Source: Candidatus Saccharimonadota bacterium (GTDB taxonomy: Bacteria > Patescibacteriota > Gracilibacteria > BD1-5 > UBA2023). Taken from it: DNA of 32,000 nucleotides. A model generated the notes under the pieces. The model made no database searches, was not told the DNA's origin, and saw only the letters and a program-made list of their open reading frames with translations. Shown piece after piece: positions 1 to 8,785 of the stretch (its first letter is position 1; every line of letters starts with the position of its first letter). Where the stretch lies: contig OY970170.1 in NCBI GenBank assembly GCA_963706795.1, forward strand, positions 750,001 to 782,000, written 5' to 3'. Position numbers and translations under genes: made by a program.

Positions 1-1214
1 ACGCGCTTCCACAGGCTCCACAGCAGTACAAGCAGCTCCTCATGGTGGGTGGGGTAGATAAGTATTTTCAGATTGCGCCGTGTTTCCGAGACGAAGATCC
101 ACGCGCAGATCGACACTCGTGTGAATTCTACCAGATCGACTGTGAGATGAGTTTTGTAGAACAGGAAGACGTGTTTGCAGTGGCTGAACCATTCGCACTC
201 GACCTCGTTACGACGATGACTCCACACAAGCACGTGAAGGCTGCGAAGTTCCCACGATATACGCATACAGAGGCGCTCGATCTTTTTGGATCAGATAAGC
301 CAGATGTACGATTTGATATGCACTTTGAGGAGCTCAGTGAGGATTTCCGAGATTCTGGATTCTCAGTGTTCGCAGCAGCCGTTGCAGAAGGCGGAGTGGT
401 GAAAGCGATGAAATACGAAGGATCAAAAGGGAAGGGGATCATGAGTCGATCTGAGATCGATGCACTCACAGCAACTGCTCAGGCAGAAGGAGCAAAGGGA
501 CTCGCCTACATCATCTACGAAGCAGAAGGTCCACGCTCTCCGATCCTCAAGTTCTTCACGGGAGGTGAACTCGCAGCACTCGAGGCACGTTTTGCACCAC
601 AGCCAGGAGATATGATCTTCTTCGGAGCTGGTGAGCGAAAACTCGTGAACAAGGTTCTCGGGAAGGTGCGTCTCGCGATGCGCGATACGTTCGATCTCGT
701 AGACAAGAACGAACTCGCATTCGCTTGGATTACGGATTTCCCAATGTACGAGCTCAAGGACGATGGATCATACGACTTTGAACACAACCCATTCTCTATG
801 CCACACGGCGGAGCAGCAGCGTTCAACGAAGGTGTTGACCCACTCTCGATCTACGGTTGTCAGTATGACCTCGCATGTAACGGGTACGAAGTCCTCTCAG
901 GATCTATCCGCAACCACAATATCGCAGCACTCGTGAAGGCATTCGAGATCGTAGGAAAGGGAGAAGAAGAAGTGAAGGCAAAGTTCGGTGCGGTGTACAA
1001 TGCATTTCAGTACGGAGTTCCTCCACACGGAGGATTCGCGTTTGGATTCGACCGACTCCTCATGATCCTCAAGGATGAGACCAACATCCGTGAAATCTAC
1101 GCATTCCCAAAATCTGGAAAGGCCGAAGACACGATGATGGAAGCTCCAGCCGAGATCGACGACAAGCAACTCCGCGAACTCCACATCAAGGTGCGAGAGC
1201 ATCACGGAAAATAA
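1..1214 (+). CDS. aspS: Aspartate--tRNA ligase, C-terminal ~400 aa (5' end cut by the window edge)
   Basis: The frame is open from the window edge. ALPQAPQQYKQLLMVGGVDKYFQIAPCFRDEDPRADR matches the class II AspRS motif 2 region, and GVPPHGGFAFGFDRL matches motif 3. Stop TAA at 1212-1214. Confidence 0.95.
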   Translation, partial: ALPQAPQQYKQLLMVGGVDKYFQIAPCFRDEDPRADRHSCEFYQIDCEMSFVEQEDVFAVAEPFALDLVTTMTPHKHVKAAKFPRYTHTEALDLFGSDKPDVRFDMHFEELSEDFRDSGFSVFAAAVAEGGVVKAMKYEGSKGKGIMSRSEIDALTATAQAEGAKGLAYIIYEAEGPRSPILKFFTGGELAALEARFAPQPGDMIFFGAGERKLVNKVLGKVRLAMRDTFDLVDKNELAFAWITDFPMYELKDDGSYDFEHNPFSMPHGGAAAFNEGVDPLSIYGCQYDLACNGYEVLSGSIRNHNIAALVKAFEIVGKGEEEVKAKFGAVYNAFQYGVPPHGGFAFGFDRLLMILKDETNIREIYAFPKSGKAEDTMMEAPAEIDDKQLRELHIKVREHHGK

Positions 1215-1216
1215 TA

Positions 1217-1256
1217 AAAACCCTCCGAAGCCCGAAAGAGCGAAGGAGGGTTTTTC
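1217..1256 (+). terminator. Intrinsic terminator after aspS (structured hairpin CCTCCGAAGCCCGAAAGAGCGAAGGAGG plus T-run)
   Basis: CCTCC/GGAGG outer stem, GAA/GAA internal loop, inner stem capped by a GAAA tetraloop, then TTTTT. A near-identical element follows xth. Confidence 0.7.
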
Positions 1257-1301
1257 GTGGATTTTTCTTTGGATGTGATTTCAAACCGATATAATGAGCA
1301 C

Positions 1302-1460
1302 ATGAAAATCCTCGAACAGACTTCGCGCAGTGTCACCGTAAAAATGTCAAAGACTCTCTTCGACAAAGTTTTGGCTATGCAAAAGCTAGAAGACGAACTC
1401 ACAAGCTACGAATTTCGTTTCGATACTCCTGTTTCCACCAAAGAATTGCTTTCAAAGTAA
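1302..1460 (+). CDS. Putative antitoxin (small, ribbon-helix-helix-like) of the relBE-like pair
   Basis: 52-aa ORF ending 9 nt upstream of the RelE-like toxin gene. VTVKMSKTLFDKVLAMQKLED resembles an RHH strand-helix. The ATG at 1302 is preferred over the GTG at 1257, which lies inside the aspS terminator. Confidence 0.5.
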   Translation: MKILEQTSRSVTVKMSKTLFDKVLAMQKLEDELTSYEFRFDTPVSTKELLSK

Positions 1461-1469
1461 GACATAAGA

Positions 1470-1706
1470 ATGACACCTCAGTGGCGAAAATATATAGCGC
1501 GCCACCCCCAGAAGAACAAACTTCTGGAGATTATTATGAGGATTCAATCTGAAGATTTTGCAGGATTAGATCTAAAGAAACTCAAAGGTTTTGAGAATCT
1601 CTATCGGGTAAGACATGGAAGCATTCGCATCATTTTTATGAAAAAAGATGATGAAAATTACATCGTTGCGGTCGATACTCGATGAGATGTATATAAAAAA
1701 TTCTAA
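1470..1706 (+). CDS. relE: RelE/ParE-family type II toxin
   Basis: LKKLKGFENLYRVRHGSIRIIFMKKDDENYIVAVDTR(G)DVYKKF matches the RelE/ParE core (LkG...YRiRvGdyRiiy...v..i.hR.dvY). Reading TGA 1683-1685 as Gly restores the conserved C-terminal DVY tail. Stop TAA at 1704-1706. Confidence 0.75.
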
Positions 1707-3787
1707 CCCTCAAACACAAACTTCTCTCCAACCACAATCTCTCCAGCGAGTATCTTTTTAGCGATAGGATTTGAGACGAGATCATTGACGGCACGTTTCA
1801 TAGGGCGGGCTCAGAATTCGGGATCGAATCCTTCGTGCATGAGTTTGTTTGCGAGTCATGGAGCAAATTCGACGAGGAATCCTTCGTCTTGGAGACGGGA
1901 TTTAATGACCACGAGCTCCTTCTCGGCAATGAGTCGAACGAGAAATTCATCGAGTGGTCGGTAAAAGACAATCTCATCGATTCGACCCAAGAGCTCAGGC
2001 CTAAAATAATGGAGGAGTATCTTTTGGAGCTCATTGCGTGAAACATCTTCGATCGCTTCGGTAAGGGCATTCGAAGTCATGAGAATGATCGTGTTTTTAA
2101 AATTTACCTTGCGTCCTTTGCCATCTGTCAAGTGGCCTTCATCGAGGATTTCTAGGAATATTTTAAAGACGTCAGGATGAGCTTTTTCGATCTCATCGAA
2201 GAGGACGACAGAATATGGCTTGCGGCGTACCGCTTCAGTGAGTTGTCCACCTTCCTCATAGCCGATATAGCCAGGAGGGGCGCCGATGAGTCGGGCAACG
2301 GAGTGGGATTCACCATATTCACCCATATCGATGCGAATCATAGCCTCGCTATCGATAAAGAGTTCTTGTGCGAGAGCTTTTGCGGTCTCAGTTTTACCAA
2401 CTCCGGTAGGTCCAAGCAAAAGGAATGATCCAATTGGTCGCTTCGGATCTCAAAGTCCGACTTTATTGCGGGCGATGGCATCAGCAATTTTATGAAGTGC
2501 GGCATCTTGGCCGAGTACGCGTTCACTTAAGCGATCAAAGAGCTCAAGGACTCGGACTTTGTCGGATTCTGCGAGCTTGCCTGCAGGGATTCCAGTCCAT
2601 TTTGCAACGACTGTTGCGATATCAGAGCTCTCGACCTTCTCACGAATCTGGGATTTACCAGCATTTTTGAGATCAAGAAGGGAAGCTTCGAGCTTGGCAA
2701 TTTGTTGCTCAAGATTTGGGATTTGGCTATATCTGATTTTTGCGACTGCCTCAAAATCGAGCATGCGCTCTTTGGTCTCAGCTTCGTGGCGGAGATTTTC
2801 GATTTCTGCCTTGAGGTCTTCGCGTTTTTTTAGAATCGTGCGTTCAGCTTCCCATGCTGTGGTTTCGGTTTCGAGAAGGGATTTTTTGTCCTTGATCGTA
2901 TCCGAGAGGGTAGTAAGACGCTCTTTTGGTGTGTCTTTTTCGCGCTCGATAGCGGCGCGTTCGATTTCGAGGGATCGGACTTCTTTCTCGAGTCGATCGA
3001 GCTCGACTGGCTTGGTTGAGGCCTGAGTCCGAACGCTTGCTGCAGCCTCGTCCACTAGGTCAATCGCCTTATCCGGAAGTCTGCGATCCGGAATATATTT
3101 GATCGCGAGTTCGACTGCGTCCACGATCGCACCATCTGTGATTTCTATTCCATGAAATGCTTCGTAGCGCTCTTTGAGTCCACGAAGAATCGCAATCGAA
3201 TCATCACGATTCGGCTCATCGATATTTACTGGCTGAAACCTGCGCTCAAGCGCACTGTCCTTCTCAATATATTTGCGATATTCATTGATGGTGGTTGCGC
3301 CGATCACTTTGATGCGACCACGAGAAAGTGCTGGTTTCATAATATTTGCGACATCGGTCGAGCCTTCGCCACCGCCTGCGCCAACGATCGTGTGGATTTC
3401 ATCAATAAAGAGGATGATCTTGCCATTCGAGTCTTCCACTGCCTTGAGTACGCCTTTGAGACGCTCTTCAAATTCGCCACGGTATTTTGCTCCGGCGATG
3501 AGACCTGCGAGATCGAGAGTGCGAATAACGCGCCCTCTGAGGGATTCTGGGACTTCGTCATTGGCAATTTTACGGGCGATTCATTCGACAATCGCGGTCT
3601 TTCCGACTCATGGATCGCCGATGAGACATGGATTATTTTTGGTGCGTCTGGAGAGGATTTCGATCGTGCGACGAATTTCTTCTTCGCGGCCAATCACGGG
3701 ATCAACCTTGCCGGCTTTTGCCTCTGCAATGAGGTCAATGGAGTATTTTTCGAGGGCGTCATTTTGGCTTTCTTGTTTGAGTTCCAT
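1703..3787 (-). CDS. clpB: ATP-dependent chaperone/disaggregase ClpB, 694 aa, lacking the N-terminal domain
   Basis: One continuous minus-strand frame from ATG 3787 to TAG 1703 once five in-frame TGA codons are read as Gly. Walker A motifs GDP(G)VGKT and GPTGVGKT, a coiled-coil M-domain, and C-terminal DPEF(G)ARPMKR. The first residues ([32 protein letters not shown]) align to the linker just before NBD1 of E. coli ClpB. Confidence 0.93.
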
Positions 3788-3805
3788 ATATTATCTGATT
3801 ACAAA

Positions 3806-3832
3806 TTAGCACTTGTATTATATATGTGCTAA
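3806..3832. promoter_or_regulatory. CIRCE-like inverted repeat (candidate HrcA operator) upstream of clpB
   Basis: TTAGCACTT-N9-ATGTGCTAA against the CIRCE consensus TTAGCACTC-N9-GAGTGCTAA. It lies 19-45 nt upstream of the clpB ATG. Confidence 0.65.
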
Positions 3833-3846
3833 TTCTCTTTGCAACA

Positions 3847-3884
3847 AAAAACCTCCCCCAAAGCTGTATGCGAAGGAGGAGGAT
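3847..3884 (-). terminator. Intrinsic terminator of the 3891-4502 gene
   Basis: The minus strand reads CCTCC...GGAGG followed by TTTT. It shares the GCGAAGGAGG arm with the aspS and xth terminators. Confidence 0.55.
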
Positions 3885-3890
3885 TGTAAA

Positions 3891-4502
3891 CTACTTGTGA
3901 CTATTTTTAAGAATGAGTCTATTAGTGATGCTCACGATTCGAAGATCGATATTTGCCTTCATTGTGGTTGTTCTGCTGGTAACAAATTTTGCGAATGCTG
4001 CAGTTTTATCTGTTGCGATATAGGGGGTAAATGTAGTTGTGAAACTTGCCATTTGGCTATCTACGAGTGCGTAGAGCTCAGTTTTGAGAGCGGCTGTATC
4101 GATATTTGTATCGGTGTAGCGTGCCTTGAGATCTTTGATTTTTGCGTTGTAAGTAGCTCGTGCATCTGCTTGGTATTTTTTGTGAGCGACCTTAAAGGCT
4201 TTTTTGTCAGCCTTGGAGAGGTCTGTCTTAAGATATGTTCGGAGATATCCTTCATCTGTGTGGAACATCTGCCAATTTGCGCTGATAGTTGCGAAGTTTT
4301 TCTTAATCGTGCTACGAAGCGCTTCGCGCTCTGGTTTTGTGAGTTTTTGGAGACTAACTACTGGAGCGGCTGCAACTGTCGTAGAAGTTGTGACCGTTGC
4401 ATTTGTTGAAGTGGTCGTTTCATTGGCAAATGTACTTGCGGTACTCACAACCATGAGTGCACCGACAGATGCGAGGGTGAGGAGGGTATTTTTCGTTTTC
4501 AT
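3891..4502 (-). CDS. Secreted hypothetical protein (signal peptide, Thr-rich linker, helical Lys-rich body)
   Basis: 203-aa ORF. N-terminal MKTKNTLLTLASVGALMVVSTASTFA looks like a Sec signal peptide ending in an A-x-A-like site. No recognisable catalytic motif. Stop TAG at 3891-3893. Confidence 0.7.
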   Translation of the reverse strand: MKTKNTLLTLASVGALMVVSTASTFANETTTSTNATVTTSTTVAAAPVVSLQKLTKPEREALRSTIKKNFATISANWQMFHTDEGYLRTYLKTDLSKADKKAFKVAHKKYQADARATYNAKIKDLKARYTDTNIDTAALKTELYALVDSQMASFTTTFTPYIATDKTAAFAKFVTSRTTTMKANIDLRIVSITNRLILKNSHK

Positions 4503-4600
4503 ATATAAAAATTATGAATAAAGCAGCGAAAGCTACGTGAGAATTCTACGGATCAAATGTCAAAATTCTGTCAGCGTTCGAGAGATTTTTTGGACAAATA

Positions 4601-4626
4601 AAAAGAGCTCGAATGAGCTCTTTTTA
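4601..4626. terminator. Bidirectional hairpin terminator (AAAAGAGCTC-GAAT-GAGCTCTTTT)
   Basis: Perfect 10-bp stem flanked by A- and T-runs, immediately 3' of the DUF305 gene. Confidence 0.7.
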
Positions 4627-5106
4627 TTACTTGGTATATCCCCAGTCTTTTTGCCATTTTTTCATTTGCTCGATTTCAGAAGTCTGAGCCTTGATGATGT
4701 CTTCTCCCATTTTTTGAAGCTCAGGATGCTTTGCATTCTTGAGATATGCGGCCATGTCGAGTGCACCCTGGTGGTGCTCGATCATACCAGTGAGAAATGC
4801 CTTATCGAGATCGTCGCCTGTTTTGCCTTTGAGAGAAGCAGACATATCACTCATAGTCATGCCAGTTCCGTTTCGCATCATAGCGTTCATATCGTGATTC
4901 ATTCCTGACATCATATTTGCGCCAGAACCCATTTTATCCATCATCTGACCACGATTTCCACGTTCGCGTCCTTCGCCGTATGAGCTATTGTTGTAACCTG
5001 CAAAATTTACATGTCCTCGATAGTAGAATGAGGCAGCAACTGAGAGGAAACAAAGTGTAAATGCAATACCACAAAAGAGTATAATTTGTGGAAGATACTT
5101 ATTCAT
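4627..5106 (-). CDS. DUF305-family (ferritin-like four-helix) membrane-anchored protein with a Met-rich segment
   Basis: DKAFLTGMIEHHQGALDMA...HPELQKMGEDIIKAQTSEIEQMKKW matches the DUF305 signature. There is an N-terminal TM helix and a Met/His-rich stretch, GQMMDKMGSGANMMSGMNHDMNAMMRNGTGMTMSDM. Confidence 0.8.
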   Translation of the reverse strand: MNKYLPQIILFCGIAFTLCFLSVAASFYYRGHVNFAGYNNSSYGEGRERGNRGQMMDKMGSGANMMSGMNHDMNAMMRNGTGMTMSDMSASLKGKTGDDLDKAFLTGMIEHHQGALDMAAYLKNAKHPELQKMGEDIIKAQTSEIEQMKKWQKDWGYTK

Positions 5107-5174
5107 ATGCGTGTATTAAATAATCTTTGTCCGACAACTATAGCCCCTATTCCTTAACCCTTCTTTAATTTTCA

Positions 5175-6623
5175 TTAGAAAATTTTTGGCTCTCGTGCAT
5201 CGATGACTGATTTCATAGCTTGTTCAAGTACATGGCCGACCAAGAAGACTTTTTCTTCTCCAAGTTGTGGTCAGAGAATATGAAGTCCAACTGGCATTTC
5301 TGTAGTATCGCCTGATCCATCTTCGGGCTTTGCAAATCCTACTGGCACTGAGAGTCCAGGAAGTCCGGCGAGACTTGGTGGTACTGTGTAAATGTCTGCG
5401 AGATACATCTTGAGCGGATCTTCGACTTTTTCGCCGATCTTCCATGCGACAGTTGGTCCAACGGGTCCGACGATGACATCTACTTCGTTAAATGCAGCCG
5501 TAAAGTCATTGCGAATAAGCTCTCGTACGAGCGATGCCTTCTTGTAATATGCGTCATAAAATCCAGAAGAAAGCACAAATGATCCAAGCATAATGCGTCG
5601 TGTTGGCTCAGGACCAAAGGCTGCAGCACGGTTTTTGGCAATATCTGCACCATCTCATTCGATGTGACCAAAGCGCACGCCATCATAGCGTGAGAGATTA
5701 GTTGAAGCTTCGGCTGCCATGATGATGTAATAGACAGCGAGCCCGTATTCACTCGATGGAAGCGTTACTTCTTTGATTGTTGCTCCAAGCTCCTCGAGTT
5801 TTTTGATAGCTTTTTCAATTTCGGTGCGGACTCCTGCGTCGAGACCTTCTCTAAAATATTCTTTAGGGACTCCTACGCGAACTCCAGCGAGATCTTTTTT
5901 ATCCCAAATAGCCGTGTCTACTTTTACTGGCTCTGGAAGCGAGGTTGAATCTTTTGGATCCTGACCTGCAGTGATTTCATAGAGATATGCGGCATCGCGA
6001 ACCGTTTTTGTAAAGGTACCTGGGCTGTCGAGAGAGCTCGCCATGGCGATCACTCCAAATCGACTATTGCGACCATATGTTGGCTTAAATCCAACAATTC
6101 CACACATTGAGGCAGGGAATCGGATGGATCCACCTGTATCGGTTCCAAGTGAAGCAGGTACGAGTCCTGCGGCAACAGCTGCAGCTGATCCTGATGATGA
6201 CCCACCAGGAATGCGGTCTGGAGCCCACGGATTTGCTGTAGCACCAAATGCTGAGTTTTCACCGCTTGAACCCATGGCGTATTCGTCCATGTTGCATGTC
6301 CCGAGGCTTGTAAATCCTGCCTTTTTAAGACGCTCAATAGTAGTCGCGTCATAGGGTGGAGCGAAGTTTTCGAGCATTTTTGATCCCGCGCTTGTACGTA
6401 CATCAATCTGTGAAAACACGTCTTTTACACCAAGTGGAATTCCAGCAAGTTTGCTCGTTGGATCAGCAGTCGGAGCACTCTCTGCAAGGGTTACAAAGGC
6501 ACCAAGTTCAGGATTGAATTTGGCAGCACGGTTTTTAAAGTAGGCAAATACTTCTGCTGGAGTGATTTGTCCGCTCGAAATGAGATCGCGGATGGCAAGA
6601 AGAGAAAGTCTGTGGAGTTCCAT
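5175..6623 (-). CDS. gatA: Glutamyl-tRNA(Gln)/aspartyl-tRNA(Asn) amidotransferase subunit A, 482 aa
   Basis: [25 protein letters not shown] start, and the amidase signature [14 protein letters not shown]. Three track ORFs in the same frame fuse when TGA 5655-5657 and 5271-5273 are read as Gly. Stop TAA at 5175-5177. Confidence 0.93.
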
Positions 6624-6756
6624 GATGCGAATAATTGCTATGAAGTGAGGATTATAGGGGAAAAATATGAAAAATGAAGGCAAAATAATCGCCCCCCAGA
6701 TATGTTGCATTCTCTGAGCTTCTTCATACCATTCTTGCATCATAAATTCATACTCA

Positions 6757-7524
6757 ATGAAACTCATTTCATGGAACGTCAACGGAATCCGTGCCTGCGT
6801 AAATAAGGGATTTCTCGACTATCTCCGCATCGAAAATCCTGATGTTATCGGGCTTCAAGAAGTAAAAGCAAAGGAAGATCAAAACCCCATTCTTGCCGAG
6901 CTTCAAGATCTTGGATATCAGGTTATTTGGAATCACGCCGATCGTCCTGGATATTCAGGAACAGCAGTTTTCTCAAAAATTGCACCAAAATCCATCATGT
7001 TCGCACTCGATAATTCGATCGAAGACGACAACGAAGGCCGCGTAACAACGATTGAATTCCCTGATTTTTACTACGTCACGGTCTATACGCCAAACTCCAA
7101 ACGTGAGCTCGAGCGTCTCGCCTATCGACAGCGATGGGACGTCGCGTTTTATCATTACATGAAGGAGCTCGAGAAGAAAAAACCCGTCATTTTTTGTGGG
7201 GATCTCAATGTTGCACACAAAGAAATCGACCTCACGAATCCTCGAACTAATCGAGGAAATGCCGGATTTACAGACGAAGAACGCGCTGGATTTGAGAGAT
7301 TTTTAGGAGGCGGCTTTGTGGATACATTCCGACATTTTTATCCAGATACTCCCGAGATGTATACGTGGTGGTCAAATTTTGCAAATTCGCGAGCGAAGAA
7401 TGTGGGATGGCGCATCGATTATTTTATGATGTCAGATCATTTTAAAGATAGTCTTCAGAGCGCCTTTATCCGCCCAGATATCATGGGCTCAGATCATTGT
7501 CCTGTAGGCATCGAGATCAATTAA
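6757..7524 (+). CDS. xth: Exodeoxyribonuclease III (AP endonuclease)
   Basis: MKLISWNVNGIRA..., LQEVK, GDLNVAH and SDHCPV are ExoIII/APE1 family motifs. 255 aa. Confidence 0.93.
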   Translation: MKLISWNVNGIRACVNKGFLDYLRIENPDVIGLQEVKAKEDQNPILAELQDLGYQVIWNHADRPGYSGTAVFSKIAPKSIMFALDNSIEDDNEGRVTTIEFPDFYYVTVYTPNSKRELERLAYRQRWDVAFYHYMKELEKKKPVIFCGDLNVAHKEIDLTNPRTNRGNAGFTDEERAGFERFLGGGFVDTFRHFYPDTPEMYTWWSNFANSRAKNVGWRIDYFMMSDHFKDSLQSAFIRPDIMGSDHCPVGIEIN

Positions 7525-7530
7525 AAATAT

Positions 7531-7566
7531 CCTCCGAAGCTCGTAAGAGCGAAGGAGGTTTTTTTA
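7531..7566 (+). terminator. Intrinsic terminator after xth (CCTCCGAAGCTCGTAAGAGCGAAGGAGG plus T-run)
   Basis: Same architecture as 1222-1249. The inner stem is capped by a GTAA (GNRA) tetraloop and followed by T7. Confidence 0.7.
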
Positions 7567-7666
7567 ATTACGCATCTGAGAATTAATACATAATTAACCA
7601 TTCAGAATATACTGTTGCTGCCAAGGAATAATTCTTTGACGCAGCATACAAATATAGGAGAAAATC

Positions 7667-8122
7667 ATGGTACATCAGCTCCTTACTGATGAGGCTCAAT
7701 TAGAGATAGGTACGCAATTTGCCTCTCTTCAACACGCACTGATGCAAAAGATGTTTCGAGATATCGCACGCATGGTAGCGAATCAAGAAAATATCATGGA
7801 CCACCCCTTGATTTTAGGATTAAGTCCTCATGTGCGTGAAATGGTTGCAAAAATAGATCGCATAAATTTGCTACTCTTTATGAGTAGACTCAAGGAATGT
7901 CACTTTAATATCAAATACACATCAACGGTATCACTCCTTCCAGTGGTGACGCATATGTCAGAAGTCGAAAAGATTTTTGCAAATGTTGTCATGGTAGATG
8001 GACAGAAGACCCTATTTCCTCCATCACTTTTTGAGCCGAGTATTCACGAACGTAATGATTGTGATGACAAGGGTCTCAAAAACGATATAGATTTTGAGTG
8101 CAGCGGTACTATCTCGTATTAG
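7667..8122 (+). CDS. Hypothetical protein, family 1 of island A (151 aa, C-terminal motif DIDFECSGTISY)
   Basis: AGGAG Shine-Dalgarno 6 nt before the ATG, no in-frame TGA, and a terminator downstream. Collinear paralog of 9398-9850. Confidence 0.7.
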   Translation: MVHQLLTDEAQLEIGTQFASLQHALMQKMFRDIARMVANQENIMDHPLILGLSPHVREMVAKIDRINLLLFMSRLKECHFNIKYTSTVSLLPVVTHMSEVEKIFANVVMVDGQKTLFPPSLFEPSIHERNDCDDKGLKNDIDFECSGTISY

Positions 8123-8150
8123 ATATGACCATGCTCGTATGCAAAATTTA

Positions 8151-8180
8151 AAAATCACCTACCAAGAGGTAGGTGATTTT
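8151..8180. terminator. Bidirectional terminator between convergent island-A genes
   Basis: ATCACCTACC-AAGA-GGTAGGTGAT 10-bp stem flanked by A- and T-runs. Confidence 0.65.
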
Positions 8181-8186
8181 ATTGCG

Positions 8187-8648
8187 TTATGGAAGTTTGA
8201 CGAATGCGGCATTTAGGGCTATTTCTACAGCATCAAACTTCTTGACTACTTCAAGCAATCGGGGCTTGAATTCTTCCCCTTGTGACCACCATGTTACCAT
8301 GGAGACAAAATTGAAGAGTAGACTCTTGATTGGTGTTATCAGTGATTGATGATACTGAATCACGGGGATAATTTGTTCAAGTACATCGAGAAGCAAAGTT
8401 GCATCTGATGGATTGAACATGTTTCTTTCGAGGTTTGTGGTAATCGTCATGAGATGCACTGCAGGTGTGTTCATACCTGCTTTGCAAAGTGTTTCTAAGA
8501 CGAAAGCCACCTGTCCTTGAGCTTCTTTTTTAAATTTTTTGATGTGGATTTCACCAAAATCTGGTGGTTCACATCCGGCTAAAAATGCCGTAAATGCGAG
8601 TTCGTCCTCCTGTGGAGTACACCTCTTGTCTTTTGTGTAGTGACTCAT
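8187..8648 (-). CDS. Hypothetical protein, family 2 of island A (153 aa, predicted helical)
   Basis: GGAGG Shine-Dalgarno 5 nt before the ATG. Ungapped similarity to 8786-9166 (E.H[IF]K.FKK and P[IM]K..L...V..V....P........FDA.E). Confidence 0.7.
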   Translation of the reverse strand: MSHYTKDKRCTPQEDELAFTAFLAGCEPPDFGEIHIKKFKKEAQGQVAFVLETLCKAGMNTPAVHLMTITTNLERNMFNPSDATLLLDVLEQIIPVIQYHQSLITPIKSLLFNFVSMVTWWSQGEEFKPRLLEVVKKFDAVEIALNAAFVKLP

Positions 8649-8697
8649 TTCGACCTCCTTCGGTATTTGTTTGTGGACTGTCCCAATTCGGGTGAGA

Positions 8698-8727
8698 TGA
8701 TTACATCTATTTATATGACTTTGTCAA
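8698..8727 (-). promoter_or_regulatory. Candidate sigma70-type promoter for 8187-8648
   Basis: The minus strand reads TTGACA, an 18-nt spacer, then TAATCA, about 40 nt upstream of the SD and ATG. Confidence 0.35.
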
Positions 8728-8748
8728 AATAGAGAAGAAACCCTATGT

Positions 8749-8781
8749 AAAAACACCTGCTTTTGGCAGGTGTTTTTTTGT
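8749..8781. terminator. Bidirectional hairpin terminator 3' of 8786-9166
   Basis: CACCTGC-TTTTG-GCAGGTG stem flanked by A5 and T7. Confidence 0.65.
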
Positions 8782-8785
8782 TGAG

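Noticed and set aside
1798-3832. Many short ORF fragments on the minus strand, which could be read as a decayed clpB pseudogene.
   Set aside because: All fragments share one frame and are separated only by TGA codons at conserved Gly positions. Under code 25 the gene is intact.
3152-3832. Plus-strand ORFs of 226 aa and 178 aa antisense to clpB. Similar antisense ORFs occur inside rnj (24183-24863), glyQS (27271-27888), aspS and the SBP gene.
   Set aside because: These are shadow ORFs opposite strongly supported genes. They have no start context and low-complexity or nonsensical composition.
6624-6782. A 53-aa N-terminal extension of the gatA ORF (MTFHEMSFIEYEF...) that overlaps the xth start.
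   Set aside because: GatA homology begins at MELHRLSL (ATG 6623). The extension is unconserved-looking and would overlap the divergent xth gene.
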